Shown here in pieces: positions 18,807-28,125 of a DNA stretch of 64,000 bases (its first letter is position 1; every line of letters begins with the position of its first letter). The stretch covers positions 3,842 through 67,841 of the forward strand of contig CAYOHX010000007.1 in assembly GCA_964403875.1 (NCBI GenBank). The letters are read 5' to 3'. The notes under the pieces were generated by a model that ran no database searches, was not told where the DNA came from, and saw only the letters and a list, made by a program, of their open reading frames with translations. A program made the position numbers and the translations under genes. The DNA comes from an uncultured Anaerolinea sp. (GTDB lineage Bacteria > Chloroflexota > Anaerolineae > Anaerolineales > Anaerolineaceae).

Positions 18807-20713
18807 CAGTCAATCGCGGTCATTTCGGGCGGCGGGGTGGAGCGGATGGAGGCGCAGGGAACAACTTCGTCGAGCTTGTGAATCACTGCCGACTGGTCGC
18901 CTTCGCGCGACAGACGGATCAATTCCTCGACCATGTTGAGCAAGTCCTGCCCGCCAACGTCGGGGCATTGGCCCTCCAGGCGGAAGATATCGGGGTGAGC
19001 GGTTTGCGTGCGCGGGTCGCCTTCTTCCCACAAGTCTTCGCTGAGCTTTTCGCCGGGGCGAATACCGGTGAAGACAATTTCAATATCCTTGCCCGGTTCC
19101 AGCCCAGACAGGCGGATCAGGTCCTCAGCCAGGTCTAGAATGCGCACCTGCTCGCCCATGTTGAGGACAAAGGTCTCGCCGCCCTGGCCCATCGATGCGG
19201 CTTGCAGCACCAGATGTACAGCCTCGGGAATGGTCATGAAGTAGCGCTCCATGTCGGGATGGGTGACGGTGACCGGGCCGCCCAGGGCGATTTGACGCTT
19301 GAACAAGGGAACCACGCTGCCACGGCTGCCGAGGACATTGCCAAAGCGCACAACCGAATAAGGGCGTCCAGAGCGGCGGGCCGCATCGATGATGAGCATT
19401 TCGGCCATGCGCTTGGTGGCTCCCATGATATTGACCGGGCGAATGGCCTTATCCGTGGAAATCATCACCAGCCGTTCGATGTTTTCTTGCAGGCACACTT
19501 CAACGATATTCAAGGTCCCCAAAATATTATTGGTAACCGCTTCTTCAACATTCACTTCCATGAGCGGGACGTGTTTGTGCGCGGCTGCATGAAAGACGAT
19601 TTGAGGGCGCAGACGACTGAAGATGGCATCCAGCCGGGAACGGTCGCGCACATCGGCGATGACCGGGCGCAGGATGAGCGAGGGGAAGTTCTCGCGCAGT
19701 TCGAGCAGCGCTTCGAAGATGCTGTTTTCGCCATGTCCCAGGAGGATCAGCTCAGAGGGTCCCCAACGAGCGATCTGGCGGCACAATTCGCGGCCTATGG
19801 AGCCGCCCGCGCCCGTGACCAGCACAACTTTGCCGCCCAAAGTCCCCCCCACCAGGTCCTCTTGAATGTGAGCGGGTTCGCGGCGCAAGAGGTCGGAAAT
19901 TTCCACCTCGCGCAAGCGGCTGACGTTGACTTTTCCACCCAACAGTTCGTAGATGCCGGGCATGGTGCGGAAGGGAACGCCTTTCAAGCGAGATACATCC
20001 GCCACCATGCGCACCACGCGCCCCGGCGCGGAGGGGATGGCGATGACCACCTGGTCGGCGTGGGTCACGTCGAGGATGTGAGACAGATCAGAGAGAGTGC
20101 CCACCACCGGGACGCCGTAAATGGTTTGGCGCTGCTTGGCCGGATTATCGTCCAAAAAGCCAACCGGCATCTGGTATAGCTGGGGGTTTTTTTGTAGTTC
20201 GCGCACCACCAAAGCGCCCGCATCGCCCGCGCCGACAATGAGCACTTTTTGCATCTGGCGTGGGGCCACCCCATTTTGAATGGCCTGGTTGACGCGGTTT
20301 TCAGCCAGCAGTCGCAGCGCAAAGCGCATTCCGCCGACCAGGGCAACCGAGAGGAAGAAATCCATGACCAGGACGGAGCGCGGGAAGCCAATGAACGCGC
20401 GCATGGCTGCCAGTGAGATCATGACCGCCGAGAGGAGCACCGAGGAGGTGGCCACGGCCATGACGATGAGCGACAACTCTCGGGTGGAGGCGTAAATCCA
20501 CATACGGCGGTAAAGGCCAAAGAAGTAATACACCATCGGCTTGATGATCAAGGCCATGCCGATCATCCAATAGGCGGACGGTAGATAAATGAAGAATGTG
20601 TCGCTGAGCTCCAGGCGTAGGGCATAGCTCCCCAGCACGGAGATGATGATCAGCAGCAAATCCCCTGCCAAAATGAACCGATTGCGTACGCTGGGTACGG
20701 GTTTTGTCCTCAT
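18806..20713 (-). CDS. Polysaccharide biosynthesis protein, CapD/PglF-type nucleoside-diphosphate-sugar 4,6-dehydratase
   Basis: N-terminal TM segments; motifs TGAGGSIG, HAAAHKHVP, STDKA and VRFGNVLGSRGSV. Confidence 0.92.
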   Translation of the reverse strand: MRTKPVPSVRNRFILAGDLLLIIISVLGSYALRLELSDTFFIYLPSAYWMIGMALIIKPMVYYFFGLYRRMWIYASTRELSLIVMAVATSSVLLSAVMISLAAMRAFIGFPRSVLVMDFFLSVALVGGMRFALRLLAENRVNQAIQNGVAPRQMQKVLIVGAGDAGALVVRELQKNPQLYQMPVGFLDDNPAKQRQTIYGVPVVGTLSDLSHILDVTHADQVVIAIPSAPGRVVRMVADVSRLKGVPFRTMPGIYELLGGKVNVSRLREVEISDLLRREPAHIQEDLVGGTLGGKVVLVTGAGGSIGRELCRQIARWGPSELILLGHGENSIFEALLELRENFPSLILRPVIADVRDRSRLDAIFSRLRPQIVFHAAAHKHVPLMEVNVEEAVTNNILGTLNIVEVCLQENIERLVMISTDKAIRPVNIMGATKRMAEMLIIDAARRSGRPYSVVRFGNVLGSRGSVVPLFKRQIALGGPVTVTHPDMERYFMTIPEAVHLVLQAASMGQGGETFVLNMGEQVRILDLAEDLIRLSGLEPGKDIEIVFTGIRPGEKLSEDLWEEGDPRTQTAHPDIFRLEGQCPDVGGQDLLNMVEELIRLSREGDQSAVIHKLDEVVPCASIRSTPPPEMTAID

Positions 20714-20721
20714 GAGGGTGC

Positions 20722-22146
20722 TTACGTTCCTCTCAAACCGATAACTTGCCCGACGGTGCGCAGCAGGATGATGAGGTCGAGCATAAGGTTGCGGTGTTTG
20801 ATATAGTAAAGATCATATTCGAGCTTGACCGCGGTGTCTTCCACGGTGGCAGCATAACCAAAGTTGATTTGGGCCCAACCGGTGATGCCGGGCTTGACTA
20901 ACAGTCGAGCGCGGTAGAAGGGCACCTTGGCCTGCAAGTTATTGACCAACTCGGAGCGTTCGGCGCGCGGCCCCACCAGGCTCATCTCGCCGCGTAACAC
21001 ATTGACGAACTGCGGCAGCTCATCGAGGTGGCTTTTGCGCAGGAATTTTCCTGCCCGGGTGATGCGGTCGTCGTTCTCGGTGGTCACCCGAGCCTTGCCA
21101 TCGATCTCGGCATCATTGCGCATGGTGCGGAACTTGATGATCTTATATTCTTTTCCGTTTTGGCCCAGACGGTTTTGGAAGAAAAGGACCGGGCGACCGG
21201 AATCGATCAGGATCATCAGGGCAATGAAGGGCGAAATCAACAAGGTGAGCAGCGTGCCCACCAGCCCGCCCAAGATGTCGAGCAGGCGTTTGCTCAGTTC
21301 GTAGAGGCCGTGAGCGTGGGCCTGGTCGACGAAGGAGCGCAGAATCCAATCGGATTGCAGCAGGAAGATGGGCACGCGCCCCAACAATTGTTCGTATACC
21401 AGCGGCATGGTGGTAATTTCGGCGCCTTGCTCTTCGGCTTGCAGCAAGGCCTGGAACATCTCGGGACGCATCTCATTTGAAATGGCGAAGATGACATCGG
21501 AAATTTTTTCGCGCTCGATGATCTCGATCAGGGCAGAGCCAGGGCCCAAAACAGGGAAGCCCTCAATGATGGTTCCGATTTTTTCGGGGTCATCGTCGAT
21601 CATACCCACGATGTGAAAGGGCTGAGGCCACATGCCGCGCACAATAGTGGCCAGGGTACTCCCGGCCCGACCCGCGCCCACGATGAGCACGCGGCGCAAA
21701 AATTCGGGGGCGGTGAAAATTTGAATGTAAAGCAGTCGCCAGAGAAGGGTGAGTAGGGCCGCGCTAAGGATATAGGCCGCGACCCCGGTGCGGGGCATGG
21801 CATTCGGTTCTGAGAGAAAGAACACAAACAGGTACAGCACCGTTCCGACGCCCGCCGAAAGGGCAATGCCTTTGAGTGTGTCGCCCCGATTGCCTGCCCG
21901 GCGGATGTCGTACATTTCGACGTTGATTACCAGCCAGAGGATGGGCAAGAGGAAAAACCAGGTGGGAACGCGCTCACTGAGCAAGTCAAGGGAGAAGTTG
22001 AGCCAATCACGCTGCCCCCAGGCAAGCAACGCAACGCCCAGAGCTAACACGGCCACCAGTACGTCTCCCATTAAGATCAAAGCGCGCCGCTCACCGGGGC
22101 GCATTCTCCAACGGACAAGAGACCTTTGACTCGCGTTATACGTCAT
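20722..22146 (-). CDS. Polyprenyl-phosphate glycosylphosphotransferase (WcaJ/WbaP-like priming transferase)
   Basis: Motifs KFRTM, LDELPQ, MSLVGPR, KPGITGWAQ and DLYYI. Confidence 0.92.
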   Translation of the reverse strand: MTYNASQRSLVRWRMRPGERRALILMGDVLVAVLALGVALLAWGQRDWLNFSLDLLSERVPTWFFLLPILWLVINVEMYDIRRAGNRGDTLKGIALSAGVGTVLYLFVFFLSEPNAMPRTGVAAYILSAALLTLLWRLLYIQIFTAPEFLRRVLIVGAGRAGSTLATIVRGMWPQPFHIVGMIDDDPEKIGTIIEGFPVLGPGSALIEIIEREKISDVIFAISNEMRPEMFQALLQAEEQGAEITTMPLVYEQLLGRVPIFLLQSDWILRSFVDQAHAHGLYELSKRLLDILGGLVGTLLTLLISPFIALMILIDSGRPVLFFQNRLGQNGKEYKIIKFRTMRNDAEIDGKARVTTENDDRITRAGKFLRKSHLDELPQFVNVLRGEMSLVGPRAERSELVNNLQAKVPFYRARLLVKPGITGWAQINFGYAATVEDTAVKLEYDLYYIKHRNLMLDLIILLRTVGQVIGLRGT

Positions 22147-23138
22147 TTCACTCGTTTTCCTCGCAATAAACTGACTAAAAATCCGCCTCCCCAGCTAAAG
22201 TGCATTACCGCAATCGCCAGGGGTATTCCCAGCGCCAGGAGCGGGTCACGCTTCTGGAGGGCGGTCGGCAGAGAGCCGGCAAGCAGAACAAAGAAGTATA
22301 CCCCAATTCCACAGACGAGCAAGATACGCGCCAGGTTCCAGAAAGGAGCCAACAACAGCAAACCCAATATGCCCAACACGAACACAGGGGGCAGCGCTTG
22401 CCGCCAGCGCAGCGTGCGCGGATAGCGGCGCAGCATTTGCAACTTCCAGTAGCCGTAACGGAAATACTGGCGCGCCAACTTGCCCAAAGTGCCGCGGGCA
22501 AAATAGCCCGAGCGGATGCGCGGGTCGAGGCGGATGCGCCCGCCGCGAGCGCGCAGGCGGGTGTTTAATTCGTAGTCTTCATTGCTCAGCAGGGTTTCGT
22601 CGTAGCCGCCCAGCTCGGTGAGCAGTTGACGAGAAAAAGCCCCAAAGGGAACCGTGTCCACATAAGCTGCCTGCGAAGTGTAACGATAAAGCGCGTCGCC
22701 CACACCCAGAGGATGAGCCGCCGCGGCTGCGATGGAGCGCGCGACCCAGCCGGAACCCCCAGGGCGGATTTCCCAAACCCCGCCGACATTGTCGCCTTCC
22801 CCGGCTTGGAGCGCCGCGACGCTGCGCTCAATGTAATCCTGAGCGGGCACGGAGTGGGCGTCCAGGCGGACCACGTAGAATCCCTGGGCGGCTTCGATGG
22901 CGCGATTGAGACCCGATGGGATAGAGCGCTGGCGGTTATCCACCACGCGGATGGCCAGGTCGGGGAAATCGGCTTGAAAGCGGGCCACCTCGGCGCGGGT
23001 GTTGTCGGTAGACATGCCATCCGAAAGAATGATTTCCAGCTTTTCGCGCGGATAGGATTGGTGATAGAGCGCTTCCAGCAGGAGGCGGATAGTAGCCTGT
23101 TCGTTATAGCAGGGGACGATGATGGAGACGAGCGGCAT
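22143..23138 (-). CDS. Glycosyltransferase family 2 (ExoA-like)
   Basis: Motifs IIVPCYNE, DGMSTD, RLDAH, DTVPFG and NEDYE; C-terminal TM segments. Confidence 0.9.
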   Translation of the reverse strand: MPLVSIIVPCYNEQATIRLLLEALYHQSYPREKLEIILSDGMSTDNTRAEVARFQADFPDLAIRVVDNRQRSIPSGLNRAIEAAQGFYVVRLDAHSVPAQDYIERSVAALQAGEGDNVGGVWEIRPGGSGWVARSIAAAAAHPLGVGDALYRYTSQAAYVDTVPFGAFSRQLLTELGGYDETLLSNEDYELNTRLRARGGRIRLDPRIRSGYFARGTLGKLARQYFRYGYWKLQMLRRYPRTLRWRQALPPVFVLGILGLLLLAPFWNLARILLVCGIGVYFFVLLAGSLPTALQKRDPLLALGIPLAIAVMHFSWGGGFLVSLLRGKRVK

Positions 23139-23144
23139 GAGGGA

Positions 23145-23585
23145 TTACCCCTCGCAACTACACTCGCAGTCGCAGTCGTCTTTGCAAACGCAAACGGCGG
23201 CAATGGCTTCGATTTCCACGGCGGCGCCTTTGGGCAGGGCGGCCACCTGGAAGGCGGAGCGGGCGGGCGGGGTTTGGGTGAAGAATTCCGCGTAAATGGC
23301 GTTCATGCGGGCAAAATCGGCAATGTCACGCAGGAAGACGGTGGTCTTGGTGACCTGGCTGAGTTCGGCGCCGGCGGCTTCGAGCAGGTTCTTGAGGTTG
23401 GTGAGAGCCCGGCGAGTTTCGGCTTCCACGCCGCCTTCGACCAGGTTGCCCGTGGCAGGGTCCAGGCCAAGCTGTCCGGAAATGAAAACGAAACCATTGG
23501 CTTTGACGGCCGGCGAGTAGGGGCCTATGGCTTTGGGGGCGTTTTCGGAGGCGAAGGTGGTTTTTTCACAGCAGGAACAAGACAT
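23145..23585 (-). CDS. ridA: RidA/YjgF reactive imine deaminase with Cys-rich N- and C-terminal extensions
   Basis: Motifs APKAIGPYS, SGQL, PARS (catalytic Arg) and VEIE. Confidence 0.9.
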   Translation of the reverse strand: MSCSCCEKTTFASENAPKAIGPYSPAVKANGFVFISGQLGLDPATGNLVEGGVEAETRRALTNLKNLLEAAGAELSQVTKTTVFLRDIADFARMNAIYAEFFTQTPPARSAFQVAALPKGAAVEIEAIAAVCVCKDDCDCECSCEG

Positions 23586-23624
23586 GATTTACCTCATTCT
23601 GAAAATGGTGGTTGGGTTGCCGGG

Positions 23625-24014
23625 TTAAAGCCACATCTTGATCAACTCAAGCAGTTCGTTGATATCGTCTTGCTTGTTGAGGATGTGGTTAAAAAAGATC
23701 AGGCGTTCGCGGTACTTGGGATTATCTTTTAAATCGTAGGGATCGAGGGCGGTGTAGCCCAGGACAATGGGCGGGGGATTGTGGTACTTGGCCAGCGCCT
23801 CGGCAATGACTGTGCCGTCTTTGGCGGGCATCATAATGTCCAGCAACCAGACTTTGGCCTGGACACGGTCTTCCATGATCTCGATCCAGGCGTCCTGAGA
23901 GTTGTTGTAGGTGCGGAAGCGCCAATCCTTGTGCTTCACTTGAATGAACATGGTCAACATGTTGGTCATTTCGCGTTCGTCGTCGATGTAAATGGCGTCG
24001 TACTGCTCAACCAT
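23625..24014 (-). CDS. Single-domain response regulator (receiver)
   Basis: YIDDE; LLDIMMP with the phosphoacceptor Asp; conserved T (YTA) and K. Confidence 0.8.
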   Translation of the reverse strand: MVEQYDAIYIDDEREMTNMLTMFIQVKHKDWRFRTYNNSQDAWIEIMEDRVQAKVWLLDIMMPAKDGTVIAEALAKYHNPPPIVLGYTALDPYDLKDNPKYRERLIFFNHILNKQDDINELLELIKMWL

Positions 24015-24222
24015 GCAACAATCCCTCCCAAAGATCCCTATGTGCCTATTTGAAAATCGTTTTCTTTCGATTTTTTGGGGATGGCGCCAAGGTGCTGTTC
24101 TCGCTCAATCAGTGGGATACATCAACCACTGAGCGGAAGAACCAGTAAGACTATTCTACTCGATTTTTGAAAGGATTAGGGTTCTCCAGGGTCATTGGGA
24201 GTTGCCAAGAAAGAGGGCGAAG

Positions 24223-24261
24223 AAAAAAAATCCGCCCCGAGGCTGATCTTCGGGGCGGATT
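24223..24261 (-). terminator. Rho-independent terminator of cydAB
   Basis: Stem aatccgccccga/tcggggcggatt followed by a T-run on the minus strand. Confidence 0.8.
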
Positions 24262-24280
24262 GGGTCGGATGGGTGAACTT

Positions 24281-25294
24281 TTAGTAGTGCAAATCGGACT
24301 TGTGGCTGATTCGTTTGCGGAAGACCCAGTAGCTCCAGGCGGTATAAGCCAGGACGATGGGCACGAAGATCAACGCGACGATGGTCATGATTCGCAGCGT
24401 GTAAGGGCTGGAGGCTGTGTTGACGATGTTCAGGCTGTACAGTGTGTCAATGCTCGAAACCAGCACGCGGGGGTAGAGGATGCGGAAGATGGTGGCGACC
24501 GCGAAAAGGATCGACATACTGGACATGACGAAAGCCCAGCCGCTGCGCCTGACACGGATGAAGTAACCCGCCGCCAGGATGGTGAACACCGCGGCAATCG
24601 GGATGATGCCGGGGTTGACCCCCAGGCGGACGAAGATATCGGTGAGTAGATACATGCTGACCACATACAGCAGCAAGGCCAGAATGGTGGGAATCCACAG
24701 CGTCCAGGCGGCTTTTTCGGCCTTTTCTCGCAGGTCGTCGGTGGTTTTCAGGCTGAGAAACAACGCGCCGTGCATGGTGAAAGCCAGCAGCGAGAGCGCG
24801 CCGCCCAGCAGGGCGAATGGGTTGAGCAGATTCCAAAATCCACCCACGTAATTCATGTTAACGTCAATGGGCACGCCGCGCACAAAGTTGGTGAAAGCCA
24901 CGCCCCACAACAAGGCTGGGACCAGGCTGCCGCCAAAAATGGCCCAATCCCAGGCGGCCCGCCAACGGGGGTTTTCATCTTTGCTGCGGAATTCAAAGGC
25001 CACGCCCCGTAAAATGAGGGCGACCAGAATGAAGAAAAGGGGCAGGTAGAAACCGCTGAAAAGGGTGGCATACCAGCCGGGGAAAGCCGCAAAGGTGGCG
25101 CCGCCAGCGGTGAGCAACCAGACCTCGTTGCCATCCCAATGAGGGCCGATGGTGTTGATTAGCACGCGGCGGCGGCGGTCATCTTTGGCCAGGAAGGGCA
25201 AAAGAATCCCGACACCCAGATCGAAACCATCCAGAATAAAGTAGCCGATGTAGAGCACGGCGATGAGCGCAAACCACAAGGTGTTGAGTTCCAT
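24281..25294 (-). CDS. cydB: Cytochrome bd ubiquinol oxidase subunit II
   Basis: Motifs LDGFDLGVG, WDGNEVWL and RGVAFEFR. Confidence 0.95.
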   Translation of the reverse strand: MELNTLWFALIAVLYIGYFILDGFDLGVGILLPFLAKDDRRRRVLINTIGPHWDGNEVWLLTAGGATFAAFPGWYATLFSGFYLPLFFILVALILRGVAFEFRSKDENPRWRAAWDWAIFGGSLVPALLWGVAFTNFVRGVPIDVNMNYVGGFWNLLNPFALLGGALSLLAFTMHGALFLSLKTTDDLREKAEKAAWTLWIPTILALLLYVVSMYLLTDIFVRLGVNPGIIPIAAVFTILAAGYFIRVRRSGWAFVMSSMSILFAVATIFRILYPRVLVSSIDTLYSLNIVNTASSPYTLRIMTIVALIFVPIVLAYTAWSYWVFRKRISHKSDLHY

Positions 25295-25306
25295 GGTTCC
25301 CTCCGT

Positions 25307-26704
25307 TTAGTAGGCCAACTCAGCCTGAGCGTCGCCAGCGGCTTCGGTTTTTTCGGGGCCTGCTTTGGCGTATTTCGAGAGCAGGTACACATCCGCTGCC
25401 ATCAGCACCCCATACAACAAGGTGAAACCGATGAGAGAGGTGAGTACCATGCCGGCAGTGACGGTGGGGGAGTAGGCGTCCTCGGTTTTCATGACCCCAA
25501 AGACCACCCAGGGTTGCCGGCCCATTTCGGTCAACAGCCAGCCGGTCGTGTTAGCCAGGTAGGGTAGGGCGATAGCAAAAGGCAGCCAGCGCCCCAGTTG
25601 AATCTTGCCTAGTTTGACTTTGGCGATATCCTTGTTTTTGATGACCCACCACACGGCCAGGGCAAAGATCAGCAGCATGAGCATGCCCGCGCCGACCATG
25701 CCGCGGAAGGACCAATAAGCCGTGAATACCGAGGGGACGTAATTCCCAGGACCATAGAGAGCCTCGTATTCGGCTTGTAGATTGCGAATCCCTTTAATCT
25801 CTCCACTGGGCCGGTTGTAAGCAAGGATGCTGAGCACGTAAGGAATGCGCCAGGCGAAGCGATCGTTGAGATTTTTCTGGTCGCCAACCGTGAAGAGGGA
25901 GAACGAGGCAGGGTCTTCGCTTTCCCAAAGGGCCTCGGCCGCGGCAATTTTCATGGGTTGCGTTTGCACCATGCGCTGGGTTTGGTTGTGGCCGATGAAG
26001 GTGACCAAGAAGACGGAGATGATCCCGAACACGGCGGCAATGTTGAAGGAGCGCTTGAAGAAATCCTGGGTCTCTGGTTTGCTCTTGCGCACCAGGTGGT
26101 AAGCGCTGATTGCCAGGACGAACATAGCGCCGGTGGTGAACCCGGCGGTGACCGTATGGGGGAATTGCGCCCAAACGTAGTAGTTGCTGATCAGCGCGCC
26201 GAAGTCGGTCATCACGGCGCGCCCGTTGACGATTTCAAAGCCGACCGGGTTTTGCATGAACGAGTTGGCGATGAGGATCCACAGGGCGGAGAGATTGGAG
26301 CCGATGGCGACCAGCCAGATGGTGGCGGCATGCATGCGCTTGGAGAGGCGATCCCAGCCGAAGATCCACACCCCCAGGAAGGTGGACTCGAGGAAGAAGG
26401 CCAGCAAGGCCTCGATGGCCAGAGGCGCGCCAAAGATATCGCCGACAAAGCGCGAGTATTCCGACCAGTTCATGCCGAACTGGAATTCCTGGACGATGCC
26501 GGTCACCACGCCCATTGCGAAGTTGATGAGGAACAGTTTGCCCCAGAACTTGGCCATTTGCTTGTAGACTTCATTGCCACTGGAGACATAGATTGTTTCC
26601 ATAATTGCCACCAGCACCGATAGTCCCAGGGTGAGTGGGACGAAGAAGAAGTGGTAGACGGTTGTGACTGCGAACTGAAGTTGGGATAGAAATTGCACAC
26701 TCAT
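25307..26704 (-). CDS. cydA: Cytochrome bd ubiquinol oxidase subunit I
   Basis: Motifs YHFFFVPLT, EFQFGMNWS, QPMKIAAAE and EMGRQPW. Confidence 0.95.
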   Translation of the reverse strand: MSVQFLSQLQFAVTTVYHFFFVPLTLGLSVLVAIMETIYVSSGNEVYKQMAKFWGKLFLINFAMGVVTGIVQEFQFGMNWSEYSRFVGDIFGAPLAIEALLAFFLESTFLGVWIFGWDRLSKRMHAATIWLVAIGSNLSALWILIANSFMQNPVGFEIVNGRAVMTDFGALISNYYVWAQFPHTVTAGFTTGAMFVLAISAYHLVRKSKPETQDFFKRSFNIAAVFGIISVFLVTFIGHNQTQRMVQTQPMKIAAAEALWESEDPASFSLFTVGDQKNLNDRFAWRIPYVLSILAYNRPSGEIKGIRNLQAEYEALYGPGNYVPSVFTAYWSFRGMVGAGMLMLLIFALAVWWVIKNKDIAKVKLGKIQLGRWLPFAIALPYLANTTGWLLTEMGRQPWVVFGVMKTEDAYSPTVTAGMVLTSLIGFTLLYGVLMAADVYLLSKYAKAGPEKTEAAGDAQAELAY

Positions 26705-26850
26705 ATAGGGTTGCCTTTGGGGATGATTGGGCTAGAAAATTGTCCTTATTTTATACCCATTTGGGTTAATTTGTTAGAAATTTGGCTCTTTAGGATATGC
26801 TGGCCTACCACGCCGATTCCCAATGAACCAGAAATTTGATTCCATGCCTC

Positions 26851-28110
26851 TTATTTGAGCACCAGTTCGACCACGGTGTCCCAATCGTCGGGTAGTTCGG
26901 ATTTGGGGAAAGTGATGAAGGCATCGTTGGGATACTCGGCGGCGTTCCAGGGACGCTCGAGACGGATTTGGGAATCGTCGGCCAGCAGGCGGGCATAGGC
27001 TACCTTGTCTTGCAACCCGCGCAGGTTGACCGGGCCGATGCCGCGCTCGAGCAGGTGCGCGTATAGTCGCTTTCCGCTGCGCGTGAAACGGCCCCATTCG
27101 GGCTTGTCCAGGTTGGCGTTGCCGCAGCCATAAATCGAGGCGCCGTTTTGGCGCATCCAGCCGCCGACCTGGGCCAGAATGTCCAGGCATTCGGGCGGTA
27201 TTTCACCTTTGGCGGTGGGACCGACGTTGAGCAATAGATTGCCACCTTTCGAAACACACTCGACCAGGGCGCGCACCACTGTTTTGGGCGACTTCCAATT
27301 CTTGTCGTAGGCGTGGTAACCCCAGTGGTCGTTCAGGGTGATGCAGGCTTCCCAGGGGATGGGCTGTCCATCTTCGTCCGTCACCCCAGCGGGTGGAATG
27401 ATCTGCTCGGGCGAGGCGAAGTCGCCGGCAAAGACTTCGGGTTGGCGGGCTTTGATGTTGCCGCCCAGGCGGTTGTCAATGATGATGCCTGGCTGGAGCT
27501 TGCGTACCATGTGGACCAACTCGGTGGCCTTCCAGGCCTCGCCGCGCATGCTGTCATACGAAAAATCGAACCAGATGATATCAATCTTGCCGTAGTGGGT
27601 GAGCAGTTCCTCAACCTGATTGCGGATGTAGTCGGCGTAGCGCGGCAGATTGCCTTTGCGATCTTTGAGATCGGGGTGGTTGCGCATGGGGTGGATGCTG
27701 TCGCCTTGGATGGGGTAGTCGGGGTGATGCCAGTCGAGGAGGGAGTAGTAAAAACCGACCTTGAGGCCTTCGGCGCGGAAAGCCTCCACGTATTCTTTGA
27801 TCAGGTCACGCCCGGCGGGGGTGTTGGTGGCTTTGTAATCGGTATATTGGGTGTCGAACAGGCAAAAGCCATCGTGGTGCTTGGAGGTCATCACGGCGTA
27901 CTTCATTCCGGCTGCGCGGGCAGCTTTGGCCCAGACACGAGGATCGTAGTGAATGGGATTGAAGGTTTCAAAGAAGGGCTGGTAAACTGCCTCGACGATG
28001 GATTCCTGCTGTTTGACCCATTCGCCGCGGGCGGGGATCGCATACAGGCCCCAATGGATAAACATGCCAAAGCGTGCATCCAGGTACCACTGCATTGATT
28101 CTTTTGCCAT
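26851..28110 (-). CDS. Alpha-L-fucosidase (GH29)
   Basis: Motifs RFGMFIHWG, KHHDGF, WFD (nucleophile) and GNLLLNVGP. Confidence 0.92.
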   Translation of the reverse strand: MAKESMQWYLDARFGMFIHWGLYAIPARGEWVKQQESIVEAVYQPFFETFNPIHYDPRVWAKAARAAGMKYAVMTSKHHDGFCLFDTQYTDYKATNTPAGRDLIKEYVEAFRAEGLKVGFYYSLLDWHHPDYPIQGDSIHPMRNHPDLKDRKGNLPRYADYIRNQVEELLTHYGKIDIIWFDFSYDSMRGEAWKATELVHMVRKLQPGIIIDNRLGGNIKARQPEVFAGDFASPEQIIPPAGVTDEDGQPIPWEACITLNDHWGYHAYDKNWKSPKTVVRALVECVSKGGNLLLNVGPTAKGEIPPECLDILAQVGGWMRQNGASIYGCGNANLDKPEWGRFTRSGKRLYAHLLERGIGPVNLRGLQDKVAYARLLADDSQIRLERPWNAAEYPNDAFITFPKSELPDDWDTVVELVLK

Positions 28111-28125
28111 GACCTTCTCCGTAGA

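Noticed and set aside
24181-24196. 16-bp match GTTCTCCAGGGTCATT shared with 38153-38168 beside the miaA duplicate
   Set aside because: About one match of this length is expected by chance in 64 kb, and there is no further similarity.
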